Positions 10,082 to 20,502 of a DNA stretch of 64,000 nt are shown here, in pieces. The notes below the pieces were generated by a model that made no database searches, was not told where the DNA came from, and saw nothing but the letters and a program-made list of their open reading frames with translations. A program made the translations under genes and the position numbers. The first letter of the stretch is position 1, and the number at the start of each line of letters is the position of its first letter. Source of the stretch: an uncultured Verrucomicrobiae bacterium (GTDB taxonomy: Bacteria; Verrucomicrobiota; Verrucomicrobiia; Chthoniobacterales; JAATET01); NCBI GenBank assembly GCA_963803825.1, contig CAWDOJ010000003.1, positions 327,507 to 391,506 of the forward strand. The letters are read 5' to 3'.

Positions 10082-10630
10082 TCACACCTTGCTGCTCATA
10101 AAAAAGATCATGCGATCCTTCGGTCTGACAAAAATCAACTCTACGGCCGTTGGTCGTGTTCCGTGACAGTATATGCTCCAAGGATAGATATACATTTCAT
10201 CCGAGCGTAGCTCTTGGCTTGGAGGAAACCAGGATATGTTCTCATCGTGTAGCCATCCCTCTACAAATTTTATGGCATCATCCAAGACGCCGTCTACCTG
10301 ATCGCCTCGTGTCCAACCCGATCCGAAGTCGTCCTTCGTCAATTCAGATTTGTTCACATGACTGATCCGTATCGCGTGGGCATCGAGATGGTCGCCGGTA
10401 AAAGATCGAGATGAAACGTAGCTGTGGATGACTTCCTCAATTCTATCGTCGCCAAGGCGACACCAATTTAGAACATATCGAACGTCATGCTTGTTAGCTA
10501 AATTTGAAGAGTCGCTATTTCCTGGTCCAAGCTGGAAGCCAACGAAACCGATCACTGCAATCCCTCCGATTAGGCAAACGATGCCCCAAGCGATGAGAAG
10601 CCACTTTATAACTGGCAAGAGTTTTTTCAT
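10082..10630 (-). CDS. Membrane-anchored hypothetical protein
   Basis: Fills cassette. Confidence 0.8.
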   Translation of the reverse strand: MKKLLPVIKWLLIAWGIVCLIGGIAVIGFVGFQLGPGNSDSSNLANKHDVRYVLNWCRLGDDRIEEVIHSYVSSRSFTGDHLDAHAIRISHVNKSELTKDDFGSGWTRGDQVDGVLDDAIKFVEGWLHDENISWFPPSQELRSDEMYIYPWSIYCHGTRPTAVELIFVRPKDRMIFFMSSKV

Positions 10631-10732
10631 GAATCAGCGAACGTCAAGCTCAGCCACCCTGAGCGGGTAACCGAGCCAACCCTGAGGTGAGCTGCCAGAA
10701 GCGGGACCGAGCAACCCCGGCCAGCGAAGCGG

Positions 10733-11296
10733 CTAGGGGTTGGCTGCAGCGCCTTGTTCGGCTTGTATTTCATGATTAGGAACGAATTTGTATGTAGCGT
10801 TCAGAGATCGTTCAAAAATACGTGAATACAGTGCTGAAAAATCAACATCGTTCGTGCGTCCCGGAATCTCGTCGATCTGATGAACTCCCTGAGCTGTGAT
10901 CCGATATGATGTGATGCTCATATCTCCTCCGCCGAAGCTCCATCCACAATGCAGTAGGTTGCCGTTCTTGAGGTCTTCGACTAGCGCAATAGATCCGTGC
11001 CCGATTGTCCCTGCTCGCAAAAACCGATTGTCAGCTCGGGATAAATATATAGTTGCAGACATTCCTCCTGTTCCAGAAGTGGCTGCGTTGGCAAAAAACT
11101 GATCTTTAATGTCATCATTGTTCACATCGACTAGCCAAATTGAGTAGCCGCCACCGACAACTGCAAACTCCCATCCGCAAAGCTCCAAATAATCAGCTGT
11201 CGGGTCTTGGACGACTTGTGTTTGCTGCCGAACGTCGTCCGCTAATGAGATCGATAAGCAGAATATGGGTAAAAAAGCTAGGAGGAGTTGTTTCAT
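10733..11296 (-). CDS. Secreted hypothetical protein
   Basis: Start MKQLLLAF just inside cassette; DVNNDDIKD Ca-binding-like loop. Confidence 0.8.
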   Translation of the reverse strand: MKQLLLAFLPIFCLSISLADDVRQQTQVVQDPTADYLELCGWEFAVVGGGYSIWLVDVNNDDIKDQFFANAATSGTGGMSATIYLSRADNRFLRAGTIGHGSIALVEDLKNGNLLHCGWSFGGGDMSITSYRITAQGVHQIDEIPGRTNDVDFSALYSRIFERSLNATYKFVPNHEIQAEQGAAANP

Positions 11297-11422
11297 GATA
11301 GAGCCGAACGTCAAGCTCAGCCACCCTGAGCTTGGATAAGGATTTGGCGAACGGAACAACTGCCTGTGGCGGGTTCCTCAACCCCAGCCGCGATAGCGGC
11401 TAGGGGTTGGCTGCAGCGCCTT

Positions 11423-11695
11423 GTTCGGATCCGCCCTTCCGTGGTTCCGCTTAGTGCCTTATTCGAGGGCATTGCTTGTTTCAGGAGTTGAATTGATTCA
11501 GGGCAAACTTGATGGCTTGCGTGATCTCGATCGAACGAACTCCCGAGGGTCAAACCTCATTCTCCGCTTCTTTTGCGCATTCACGAACCAATCTACTTGT
11601 GCGGATCGAGCGCATACACATCTCAATAAAAAGCAAATCCGGAGGCTGTCTACAATCAAGTGGGAATGTCGTAGTCGATGGGGATAGGTCCGAAC
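11423..11695 (-). other. Gene-less cassette, family B copy 1
   Basis: 273 bp; starts GTTCGGACCTATCCCCATCGACT, ends CCACGGAAGGGCGGATCCGAAC. Confidence 0.8.
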
Positions 11696-11817
11696 GTCAA
11701 GCTCAGCCACCCCGAGCTTGTATAAGGATTTGGCAAACGGAGCAACTGCCTGTGGCGGGTTCCTCAACCCCAGCCGCGATAGCGGCTAGGGGTTGGCTGC
11801 AGCGCCTTGTTAGCCAT

Positions 11818-12264
11818 TCATGTTACCAGAAAACGTTTGAATACAACAACTGCCCTCAAACATAAAAATAAGCATATCCATAGACTTAAATTTATAATTG
11901 ATGGTAAATTCATCCAACTTAAAGCATAGGGAAGTTCAAGAACGGTTCCAACAATAAGGATGGTAAATAGAACCGTCCATAATAGACTCCAAGTCGGACG
12001 CTTGCGGTTCCATCCAAAAATCAATTTCGCGTCATGGTAATCCCATACAGCCCACCAGATTCCGCATAGAGCTATGGGAGCCACTATCAGCCAGGAAAGA
12101 AATTCATTATAGATCGGTATTCCGATTGAATCCGCATTCACTGGATACGCTCCCATTCGTAGACTCCAGAAGTAGTGTATAAAGCTAAAAGCTGGTTGTA
12201 ATGCAACGAGGAGTGTTCCGGCGGTCCCAAGAGATATCCATTCTTTTGGCGTCTTGAGTGGCAT
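11818..12264 (-). CDS. Multi-TM membrane hypothetical protein
   Basis: Fills cassette; duplicate at 1680. Confidence 0.85.
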   Translation of the reverse strand: MPLKTPKEWISLGTAGTLLVALQPAFSFIHYFWSLRMGAYPVNADSIGIPIYNEFLSWLIVAPIALCGIWWAVWDYHDAKLIFGWNRKRPTWSLLWTVLFTILIVGTVLELPYALSWMNLPSIINLSLWICLFLCLRAVVVFKRFLVT

Positions 12265-12406
12265 GAGTTCTATTGGCTAACGTCAAGCTCAGCCACCCTG
12301 AGCGGGCAATCAAGCCAACCCCCAGGTGAGCTGCAAATAGCGGGACCGAGCAACCCCAGCCAGCGAAGCGGCTAGGGGTTGGCTGCAGCGCCTTGTTAGC
12401 CCTGTA

Positions 12407-12843
12407 TTAGCTCCACGAGACTTGAAACGACACGTGTGACTTATCTGGAGAGACAATTACCTCACCGTATGAAGCTCCTTCACCAGTCCTCAATTTGTAA
12501 TTCGTAGTTCCATCTGGCTCGACAGTAGATTCTCCGTCAATAATCCCCGGAGAATTCTCGAGCCATAGAGCAACAACCTGTGGGGAGTCGTTGAATGATC
12601 CTATGAAGGTTCTTGTAAGGGTGATCCTTCCGTGCGGATTGAAAAATCGCTAGCCGTGATTGGAAAAGGAGCTAATCTATCCCAACGAATCGACAAATTG
12701 GCCATGTCTGTTCGCCTCGCTGAACTGACGTTGTCTCGCGCATTTGTCGGCCAGATGAGTAGCAAGATCAATGCCGTAGCAATACACGTTCCACTCAGAC
12801 CGACAACGATTCCAACAACAACGTAGCGAATTTTAGGTTTCAT
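12407..12843 (-). pseudogene. Frameshifted paralog of 32344-32772
   Basis: IRTEGSP, then a 1-nt deletion near 12620; the other frame continues TRTFIGSFNDSP..GEGASYGEVIVSPD..VSWS*. Confidence 0.85.
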
Positions 12844-12964
12844 GGGCTAACGTCAAGCTCAGCCACCCTGAACGGGCGAACTGAGGCTACTGGTGATCAA
12901 CTGCAATTAGTGGGTCCGCGCAACCCCGAGAGCGAAGCGGCTAGGGGTTGGCTGCAGCGCCTTG

Positions 12965-13393
12965 TTAGGTCTGTATTTGGCTTCTGAAGAAACGGCATAT
13001 AACGGACTTCCAGATGAAACGAAAGACACATACGACGGCTGCGAGCTCTAATCCGAAAAACCAGCCGAGTAGCGCACAAGGAACAACAGCAGTCATTTCC
13101 GGAAAATACTGAAATGGATTTTCGACCCCGAGATTGTGATAAAGAAGGGGTAGTAAAATGCAGTTAAAGGTTGCCCATAGAAAAATCGATAACCAAGCCC
13201 AAAGAATGAGCCGCTTATAGGAGTAGGTCTTTGTGAATCTCCATATAGGAAATGCGATTGCACAAACTAACGAGATGTATTGAAGCGAGATTGATAGTGT
13301 ATCAATATTTTGGTTCACGACGATGGTTTCCGGCAGGTAGGGAGTTGCGCCAAGGTTTTGTGCCGTCGGCAGTTGCTCCGCCGGAGGCTTCAT
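12965..13393 (-). CDS. Membrane hypothetical protein
   Basis: 3 hydrophobic segments; stop is the TAA of R''. Confidence 0.7.
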   Translation of the reverse strand: MKPPAEQLPTAQNLGATPYLPETIVVNQNIDTLSISLQYISLVCAIAFPIWRFTKTYSYKRLILWAWLSIFLWATFNCILLPLLYHNLGVENPFQYFPEMTAVVPCALLGWFFGLELAAVVCVFRFIWKSVICRFFRSQIQT

Positions 13394-13496
13394 GTAATGA
13401 CCTAACGTCAAGCTCAGCCACCCTGAGCGGGCGATCAAGCCAACCCTGAGGTGAGCTGCCGGTAGCGGGTTCGAGCAACCCCAGCCAGCGAAGCGG

Positions 13497-13937
13497 CTAG
13501 GGGTTGGCTGCAGCGCCTTGTTCGGCTGTATCACTTTTCAATCTGGCTAAAAAATCGCGATATTGGATCCGTTCATTTTGATTTAGTCTGTGAAGTGACT
13601 CTTCCGCTGGGAGTGTCAGTGTATATGTAAACCCTGATGATGCTAATGTCGAGAATGTCGAAACGTGAAGTTCATCTAACTCATATAAAACTGAAGAGAA
13701 TGATTCTGCCAACTCGTTTCGGTGTGACTGGAGTTCATGAATGGTCCAAAAGTATGAATAAGCATTCCATCGGTCATCGAATTCAAAGGCTTTCCGCATG
13801 AGAAGATACTTTAAATCGTAGCATTCATAAATCAACGGTGTCGTCATGGCTATGAAACCCGGATATCGGATCATCGAGCCATGATTTCCGACAAATGCAA
13901 TATTGGTGCCCCAGTCTTCAGATTTGATGAAGTTCAT
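13497..13937 (-). CDS. Hypothetical protein
   Basis: Fills cassette. Confidence 0.75.
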   Translation of the reverse strand: MNFIKSEDWGTNIAFVGNHGSMIRYPGFIAMTTPLIYECYDLKYLLMRKAFEFDDRWNAYSYFWTIHELQSHRNELAESFSSVLYELDELHVSTFSTLASSGFTYTLTLPAEESLHRLNQNERIQYRDFLARLKSDTAEQGAAANP

Positions 13938-14076
13938 AGTTAGAGTTTGTTATGAGCCGAACGTCAAGCTCAGCCACCCTGAGCGGGCAAACAAGCCAAC
14001 CCCGAGGTGAGCTGCCGATAGCGGGACCGAGCAACCCCAGTCAGCGAAGCGGCTAGGGGTTGGCTGCAGCGCCTTG

Positions 14077-14367
14077 TTAGGTCGTATTTCGTTTTTGCGC
14101 TGGGATGTGTCTCCCGAAGAGTAGAATCGAACTGAGCGATGCAACGAAAAATAATAGAAGCCCTAAACATGCTCCGGGGATCCCCATCCAGAGCCATCCT
14201 ATGGCTGGAAATAAATATATGAAGGGAGCCGCAACAAGAGAAAAGATCAGTGTTTGCGAGACCGACAACTTGGATGATTCGCCGCAGCTCTTGCAGATAT
14301 AATTTCGTCCTGGTCTCAGTAAGCCGAAGAACAACAATTCCTTTTTACAATGCGGGCATTTATTCAT
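14077..14367 (-). CDS. CxxC-CxxC zinc-ribbon small membrane protein
   Basis: KCPHC..ICKSC followed by 2 TM. Confidence 0.8.
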   Translation of the reverse strand: MNKCPHCKKELLFFGLLRPGRNYICKSCGESSKLSVSQTLIFSLVAAPFIYLFPAIGWLWMGIPGACLGLLLFFVASLSSILLFGRHIPAQKRNTT

Positions 14368-14504
14368 GCTATGACCTAACGTCAAGCTCAGCGACCCTGA
14401 GCGGGCAATCGAGCCAACCCCCAGGTGAGCTGCCAGTAGCGGGACCGAGCAACCCCAGCCAGCGAAGCGGCTAGGGGTTGGCTGCAGCGCCTTGTTCGGC
14501 TGTA

Positions 14505-15029
14505 TTATCGAGATGAATACCTATAGTATGCTCGTGAAGTCTGGCGGTCGAAATAAACGTGATATCCGCCACCGTTGTTTTGTTCTGATTCAAATACAAG
14601 TCCGTTTGCCACTGTAATGGTGCGGCTGTCCGCGGCGTGAGGAGGGTATTCATGCGGGTCCTCATATCCTGAAGCTCGAAAAGTCACCGGGGAGATAATC
14701 TCAACAAAATTGAATTCAGGGAAAACTGATATGAACTGACTTTCTGTAACGTCGAATTCCGCAAGCGAGTTAATTCCATCTGAATAATAGGAGATTTGTT
14801 CGGCTGTTCGAGGTAATTGGAGAAAGCGCACCTCTTCCGTAGATACGTCGGCTCCTTTTCGGATTTTGTATGCGCTAATGGTTGTTATCACTGCAAAGGA
14901 AGCGAACGTAGCGAGGAGTAGCAGTGGACCCCCGCAGCCGAAAAGCGCTACCTTGGTGCCAAATCGCCTCCAGATAGCATATGCTAGCGAGAGTGCTACG
15001 ATGGCACTGATGATTATGAAGTATGTCAT
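14505..15029 (-). CDS. Membrane-anchored hypothetical protein
   Basis: Fills cassette; paralog of 6098. Confidence 0.8.
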   Translation of the reverse strand: MTYFIIISAIVALSLAYAIWRRFGTKVALFGCGGPLLLLATFASFAVITTISAYKIRKGADVSTEEVRFLQLPRTAEQISYYSDGINSLAEFDVTESQFISVFPEFNFVEIISPVTFRASGYEDPHEYPPHAADSRTITVANGLVFESEQNNGGGYHVYFDRQTSRAYYRYSSR

Positions 15030-15134
15030 TGGATTTAGCCGAACGTCAAGCTCAGCCACCCCGAACGGGCGGACAGAGACGACTGGTGATCGACTGCAGG
15101 TAGCGGGTCCGCGCAACCCCTATGAGCGAAGCGG

Positions 15135-15650
15135 CTAGGGGTTGGCTGCAGCGCCTTGTTCGGCTGCTTGGCTGACCCGCAGCACGAGGCCTTCGGATAA
15201 GTCAGCTGTTGAAAGGTCATCAAAAGCCTGATACCCAGCAGACTTCTTTAACGACCCGCCCAATACGTAATCACCGAATCCTACGATTGGAGGAAGAACC
15301 ATAGTAAAATCGAAGCTGATTTTGTCAGTTGTCCTACGTGCGAGGACTGAAGCTTCCGCGGTCGCGCTCAGATACATCTTGGATCCGTTTCCTCTAGCGG
15401 TAATAACAACCCGTGTGAATTCTCTGTCTGTAGAATAGACGGGTAAGGCAGCAACGACGTTCTGAATGTTGCCATCTCGTACCTTGAGGATCTCGAGCAA
15501 CACATCTTTGCCGCTTAATTCGAGATTGGAGACCCACGTGCTTATGCCGAGACCGCGGGCCAAATCGTATGCTGAAAGATTTGTATCTTGCGATCTTAAA
15601 ACCGTCGGGCAGCAAAGTCCAATGATCAGTGACGTGAGTAGGTATTTCAT
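15135..15650 (-). CDS. Secreted hypothetical protein
   Basis: Signal-peptide-like; fills cassette. Confidence 0.75.
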   Translation of the reverse strand: MKYLLTSLIIGLCCPTVLRSQDTNLSAYDLARGLGISTWVSNLELSGKDVLLEILKVRDGNIQNVVAALPVYSTDREFTRVVITARGNGSKMYLSATAEASVLARRTTDKISFDFTMVLPPIVGFGDYVLGGSLKKSAGYQAFDDLSTADLSEGLVLRVSQAAEQGAAANP

Positions 15651-15757
15651 ATTTTTCAAAGCCGAACGTCAAGCTCAGCCACCCTGAGCGGGCAATCAAG
15701 CCAACCCCACGGTGAGCTGCCAATAGCGGGACCGAGCAACCCCAGCCAGCGAAGCGG

Positions 15758-16270
15758 CTAGGGGTTGGCTGCAGCGCCTTGTTCGGCTGTATTTGTATCG
15801 AGCTGCTCGAATTCGGTCTTGAATGGAGATGAATGGAAAACAAGGAAGCTCTTACCGTCGGATGATACTTGAACGGCAAAATAGCGTTCGTCAGCATATT
15901 TTGACATTTCTTCAGATGGGTCGTTTGACAGGTTGTAGCAAAACCCGAATGTCCAGCCAGTCCCGCCGTCAAAAACTGCTGGTCGAAGTAGTCGCGGAGT
16001 GTATGCACTAGCAAACTTTTGAATGAGCCCGTGTCGGTAAGATAGCCATTGATCCCGAGGGAGCCGCTCAAACGACGAGCCGTCGAGTTGAGCGGGTTGG
16101 AGATCCGTTGGGGTGAGCGTGTAGCCTTGTCTAAGAACATATTCCTCGACCGCTGTTCTTGCCTCGTCAAACGAGAGAGCGAAGTCCGGATGGCTGAGTG
16201 CTAGAAGCAGGACTGCCATGAATGTTTTCACTGTAGATTGGGATCGGATTAGGAGGTGTATTTTAATCAT
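15758..16270 (-). CDS. Secreted hypothetical protein
   Basis: Fills cassette. Confidence 0.75.
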   Translation of the reverse strand: MIKIHLLIRSQSTVKTFMAVLLLALSHPDFALSFDEARTAVEEYVLRQGYTLTPTDLQPAQLDGSSFERLPRDQWLSYRHGLIQKFASAYTPRLLRPAVFDGGTGWTFGFCYNLSNDPSEEMSKYADERYFAVQVSSDGKSFLVFHSSPFKTEFEQLDTNTAEQGAAANP

Positions 16271-16389
16271 CCGCCGGAGGCTATTGCAATGAGCCGAACG
16301 TCAAGCTCAGCCACCCTGAGCTTGTATAGGGATTTGGCAAACGGAACAACTGCCTGTAGAGGGTTCGTCAACCCCAGCCGCGATAGCGG

Positions 16390-16863
16390 CTAGGGGTTGG
16401 CTGCAGCGCCTTGTTCGGCTGTATTTCGCTCAAACTTAGATGAAAGGTCGGAAAAGAATAGCAGCGCTAGGATGGCTCCGGAAATTCCTGATGATAACAT
16501 GTCGAGCAGCATGACCGGTGCTGAGATGATATCATATGAGATCGTGAAAAATAACGGAAGCGTGCTCACTAGCATGAACACATAGAGAGTCCTCGCATAT
16601 TGGCGGAGCATCCAAAGACGGATCCAAGCCAATGTTGATCCTATTAGAATAAAAAAGGCATAAGGGATCGATATAAATTCCGGGATTTCGTGCTCATATA
16701 TCGGCGCATCGTAGGCTTGGGTTTTTAGATCGGGTGATAGCCAGGGGTCGCCTAATGCTCCAAGGAATAGGTAGACCACAATCAAAGTGCATTCTGATGA
16801 GATCAGTATCCGGAGGACTGTTTTTGTCTTCATACTGAACCTGGAAGGATTGAACAGATTCAA
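16390..16863 (-). CDS. 4-TM membrane hypothetical protein
   Basis: Duplicate at 22731-24431. Confidence 0.8.
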   Translation of the reverse strand: MNLFNPSRFSMKTKTVLRILISSECTLIVVYLFLGALGDPWLSPDLKTQAYDAPIYEHEIPEFISIPYAFFILIGSTLAWIRLWMLRQYARTLYVFMLVSTLPLFFTISYDIISAPVMLLDMLSSGISGAILALLFFSDLSSKFERNTAEQGAAANP

Positions 16864-17039
16864 ATAGTGCCTCGCAAATCAATGTCATTCGTTGCACGCT
16901 TCTGTATTGAGCCGAAGGTCAAGCTCAGCCACCCTGAGCTTGTATAAGGATTAGGCAAACGGAACAACTGCCTGTAGAGGGTTCCTCAACCCCAGCCGCG
17001 ATAGCGGCTAGGGGTTGGCTGCAGCGCCTTGTTAGCTCT

Positions 17040-17354
17040 TCACCTTGTCACAATCTGTTTGAAGCGCTCTTTCAATAGTTCTGGATTATCACGTAGATTT
17101 GCTACCGCGTGCAGGATGAGCCCTCGCTTCTCAAATGAATAGAAGATCCCATGTTTACGGTTGTTGATCAAAAGACGCCGAATTGGTTGTTCATAAAACG
17201 GTGCCATTTCTGGAAATTGTCGCAGAAGGGCGAGAGCTGCATCAATCAGTTCCATGAAAACATCGCCAGAACCCGAGTTGCGATCCTCGAGTCTTTCGTA
17301 GATGTCCTGAAGATCAACTTCCGCTCCAAGCGACCAAACGATCTCGGGCGGCAT
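17040..17354 (-). CDS. RelE/ParE family toxin
   Basis: AEVDLQDIY..L..FPEM..IRRLL..IFY. Confidence 0.85.
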   Translation of the reverse strand: MPPEIVWSLGAEVDLQDIYERLEDRNSGSGDVFMELIDAALALLRQFPEMAPFYEQPIRRLLINNRKHGIFYSFEKRGLILHAVANLRDNPELLKERFKQIVTR

Positions 17355-17579
17355 CTACCGTCTGGATGTATTCTGAATCCGTGTTCGAACATCATCCCAA
17401 GTCGAACCTGACTCGGGATGGTCGTAGTAATAGTTCAAGCGCTCTTGGAGAGCGGCAACCATCTCAGGATCAGGAAGTTCAGGGGCGGACCGAGTTGCCT
17501 GACTCCAGAGTTCTGCGGCTAGAATGATCTTATCGTCCGAAGAAAGACGGGAAAGAGCTGGAATGGAATCGGCAATCAT
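17355..17579 (-). CDS. Addiction module antitoxin
   Basis: LSSDDKIILAAELW..RL..HPE.GSTWDDV. Confidence 0.85.
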   Translation of the reverse strand: MIADSIPALSRLSSDDKIILAAELWSQATRSAPELPDPEMVAALQERLNYYYDHPESGSTWDDVRTRIQNTSRR

Positions 17580-17586
17580 CTTCGAG

Positions 17587-17614
17587 AAACTACGCGTTTG
17601 AGAGGAATTCGCAA
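17587..17614 (-). promoter_or_regulatory. Putative sigma70 promoter (leaderless)
   Basis: TTGCGA-16-TAGTTT, 7 nt before ATG. Confidence 0.45.
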
Positions 17615-17727
17615 TCATTCACTACATGAGCTAACGTCAAGCTCAGCCACCCTGAACGGGCGACCGGAAACAACTGGTGATCAACTGCCGGTAGGGGGTC
17701 CGCGCAACCCCAGGAGCGAAGCGGATA

Positions 17728-19036
17728 GGCTCCTCCGAGATTGTAGTGGGAAACTGAAGAGGGTTTGAACGGAGAGGATGGATGCGGGTAGGAAGGAGTG
17801 CGATGAAGGATACAGAGTTTTACGCGCAGATCTTGGGATTGAAGAGTCCGTGGGTGGTTGAAGAAGTCGACTTGGCCGTGAGTGAGAAGCGGGTGGTGGT
17901 CCGGCTCGGGTATGAGCGGGGGACATTGTGGGCCAGTGAGGATGGAGAGCATCGACTTCCGTGCCATGACCATGTCGAGCGCTTCTGGAAGCACATGGAT
18001 ACGTGCGGGTTCGAGACGTTGCTGGCGGCGCGAGTTCCGCGGTTGCGGTTGCCTGATGGGCGGGTGGAAAGCGTGCCGGTGCCGTGGGCGGGAAAGGGCA
18101 GTCGCTTTACGCTGCTTTACGAGCGTTTTGCCATCGAAGTGATCCGAGCGTGTGCAACGGTGAGTTCGGCGGCGCGTTTGCTGGGACTGAGCTGGGGTCA
18201 AGTTCACGGGATCATGCGACGGGCCGTTGAGCGGGGGCTCGAGCGTCGCGATCTCAGTGGATTGCGCTACGCCGGACTCGATGAAAAGAGCTTTGGCGGT
18301 GGGCAGAGCTACATTTCGCTCATGACTGATCTGGAAGGCAGCCGGGTGCTGGAAGTCACTGACGGCAACGACAAGCAGAGCGCGGCAGTCCTTTGGCAAT
18401 GCCTACCCGAGGATGTCACCGCGGGCTTGGAAGCCGTGGCCGCCGACATGAGCGGGCATTTTGGTGCCAGCGTCGCAGACTACGCCCCGCAGGCTGATCT
18501 GGTCCACGACCGCTACCACATCAGCGCCCATCTCAACAAGGCAGTGAGCCAGGTCGTGCGCGCCGAAAACAAACGCCTGCAAGCCATGGGAGACGAACGC
18601 CTCAAGGGCACCCAGCGCCTCTTCGGCTACAACCCCGATCATCTCAGAGAGGAGGATGTCTGCCGCTTTTCTCAACTGCGTCACTCCGATCTCAAGAGCG
18701 CTCGCGCTTGGGCCATCAAGGAAAACTTCCGCCGCTTCTGGGACTTCCGCTACGAGGCCAATGCCCGCAAGTTCTTCGCTGCTTGGTATGGCTGGGCTCG
18801 CCGCTCTCAACTCGAGCCCATCAAGAAGGTGGCGAAAACCCTCAAAAACCACTTTGAGAATATCATCACTTTCCTGAGCCACCGCATCACCAACGCGGCT
18901 ACCGAGGCTCTCAATTCACGAATCCAATCCCTCAAGTCTGCCGCCCGTGGATTCCGTTCTTTCCTCAACTATCGGACCAGAATTCTCTTCTTCCTCGGTA
19001 AGCTCGATCTTTTCCCACTGTAAACCCTGAAGAGCC
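17728..19036 (+). mobile_element. ISL3-family IS, copy 3, inserted in attC
   Basis: TSD AGCGGATA; splits attC 17633-19067. Confidence 0.95.
17782..19023 (+). CDS. ISL3 transposase
   Basis: 413 aa, near identical to 1927-3168. Confidence 0.95.
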   Translation: MRVGRSAMKDTEFYAQILGLKSPWVVEEVDLAVSEKRVVVRLGYERGTLWASEDGEHRLPCHDHVERFWKHMDTCGFETLLAARVPRLRLPDGRVESVPVPWAGKGSRFTLLYERFAIEVIRACATVSSAARLLGLSWGQVHGIMRRAVERGLERRDLSGLRYAGLDEKSFGGGQSYISLMTDLEGSRVLEVTDGNDKQSAAVLWQCLPEDVTAGLEAVAADMSGHFGASVADYAPQADLVHDRYHISAHLNKAVSQVVRAENKRLQAMGDERLKGTQRLFGYNPDHLREEDVCRFSQLRHSDLKSARAWAIKENFRRFWDFRYEANARKFFAAWYGWARRSQLEPIKKVAKTLKNHFENIITFLSHRITNAATEALNSRIQSLKSAARGFRSFLNYRTRILFFLGKLDLFPL

Positions 19037-19071
19037 AGCGGATAGGGGTTGGCTGCAGCGCCTTGTTCGGC

Positions 19072-19545
19072 TTATTGACTCTGGTTATTTTCAGTTTGTA
19101 AATTGATAACTTTGCCATTTTGAACCTCCAAGAATACTTCTTTTTCCCGAGTTTCGCTGAAGCCCATGCCGCCCATAATTAGTTCTCCTCGTCCAAGTCT
19201 AATGGTCCCAGAATACCAATCTGCCAAAACGGGTGTCGTCCAATCTGCCTTGATGGCGGTCATAGGAATATTCCTGTCGCGCTGGTATCCGTAAACGAGT
19301 GAAAGAAGATACAGCTTGGCATCATTGATCTTCCAACTTCCGATGTATCCCCTGTGGCAATCTGTCGGAGACGGCCTATCCCTAAACTCAAGCGGTAACG
19401 ACTCACTGTTGAAAAATGCGTCTAATGGAGTAGAATACATATGGTACTGCTCTCCTTCATAATTCATTGTCTCAGGAATCTGCGAGGTTGCCAGCAAGTT
19501 GCACGAAACCGAGAATAGACATGCGATAGCGAGGAGCTTTTTCAT
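19072..19545 (-). CDS. Secreted hypothetical protein
   Basis: Signal peptide; T.C.RGY.G.W.I...KLYL ... ADWYSG pattern. Confidence 0.8.
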   Translation of the reverse strand: MKKLLAIACLFSVSCNLLATSQIPETMNYEGEQYHMYSTPLDAFFNSESLPLEFRDRPSPTDCHRGYIGSWKINDAKLYLLSLVYGYQRDRNIPMTAIKADWTTPVLADWYSGTIRLGRGELIMGGMGFSETREKEVFLEVQNGKVINLQTENNQSQ

Positions 19546-19684
19546 TCTATTTTATAGCCGAACGTCAAGCTCAGCCACCCTGAGCGGGCAACCGAGCCAA
19601 CCCCTAGGTGAGCTGCCAATAGCGGGAACGAGCAACCCCAGCCAGCGAAGCGGCTAGGGGTTGGCTGCAGCGCCTTGTTAGGTC

Positions 19685-20191
19685 TCATTGTTTAGTTAAG
19701 AACACTGCGAGTAATCCCGTTAAAGCTCCGATAATTCCCGTGAGGGTCGATAGGAACAGAATAATGGCGTCTCGGCGGTGTTTCGACTCCGATCTGATTG
19801 CTTCTCGGATCGTCGTTACTCCATGAGCGGTGAGAACTCTTCGGCTTGAAAACGCAATTTTACGCCATGAACCAGCTTCGGATCTCTCTGGAATCGGGAG
19901 GAAGCGTCGGTTTGCTTTGCGCAATAGATGAGAGGTAACTAGAGAATCGATTGAATCTTGGATCTCGGACTCGTCTATCCAGGCGTCGTGATCAAGAGCT
20001 AACAATTCCTCGTTGCCCGCCCGTCTCTTGCGAGCGTCGGCGATGTGGCGTAGATGTCGGTCTCTGATACAATATTTCTCTGAGAATAGTTGCCACAGTC
20101 GAAACTGTGTCATGGGCGAATCTATAAAATACGAATACTTCAGATAGCGGAAATATTTTAGGATTGCCGGTAACGGTGACCTATTTTTCAT
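19685..20191 (-). CDS. Hypothetical protein with C-terminal TM
   Basis: Fills cassette. Confidence 0.7.
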   Translation of the reverse strand: MKNRSPLPAILKYFRYLKYSYFIDSPMTQFRLWQLFSEKYCIRDRHLRHIADARKRRAGNEELLALDHDAWIDESEIQDSIDSLVTSHLLRKANRRFLPIPERSEAGSWRKIAFSSRRVLTAHGVTTIREAIRSESKHRRDAIILFLSTLTGIIGALTGLLAVFLTKQ

Positions 20192-20298
20192 TTGTATAAT
20201 GACCTAACGTCAAGCTCAGCCACCCTGAGCTTGGATAAGGATTTGGCGAACGGACCAACTGCTTGTGGCGGGTTCCTCAACCCCAGCCGCGATAGCGG

Positions 20299-20502
20299 CT
20301 AGGGGTTGGCTGCAGCGCCTTGTTGGGCTGTATTGCGTCGTTTCAGATTTACGGTCTTGTGAATGTCGGCTGCCTGCGCTGCATACAATCCTCTGAACAG
20401 TAAACCGACATCATGATTATATTGGGCTGATAGGGAATCTTTGATTTCCCAGATCTCTTTCATCGTTTCGTCCGCGATTGTCGGAAAGTCTTCGATTATC
20501 AT
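20299..20502 (-). CDS. Small putative antitoxin downstream of PIN toxin
   Basis: ATGA overlap; DE.MKEIWEIK..LSAQYNHD. Confidence 0.7.
   Translation of the reverse strand: MIIEDFPTIADETMKEIWEIKDSLSAQYNHDVGLLFRGLYAAQAADIHKTVNLKRRNTAQQGAAANP

Noticed and set aside
11720-11752. Sigma54 promoter in type-2 attC (TTGGCA..TGC)
   Set aside because: GG to GC spacing does not fit -24/-12.
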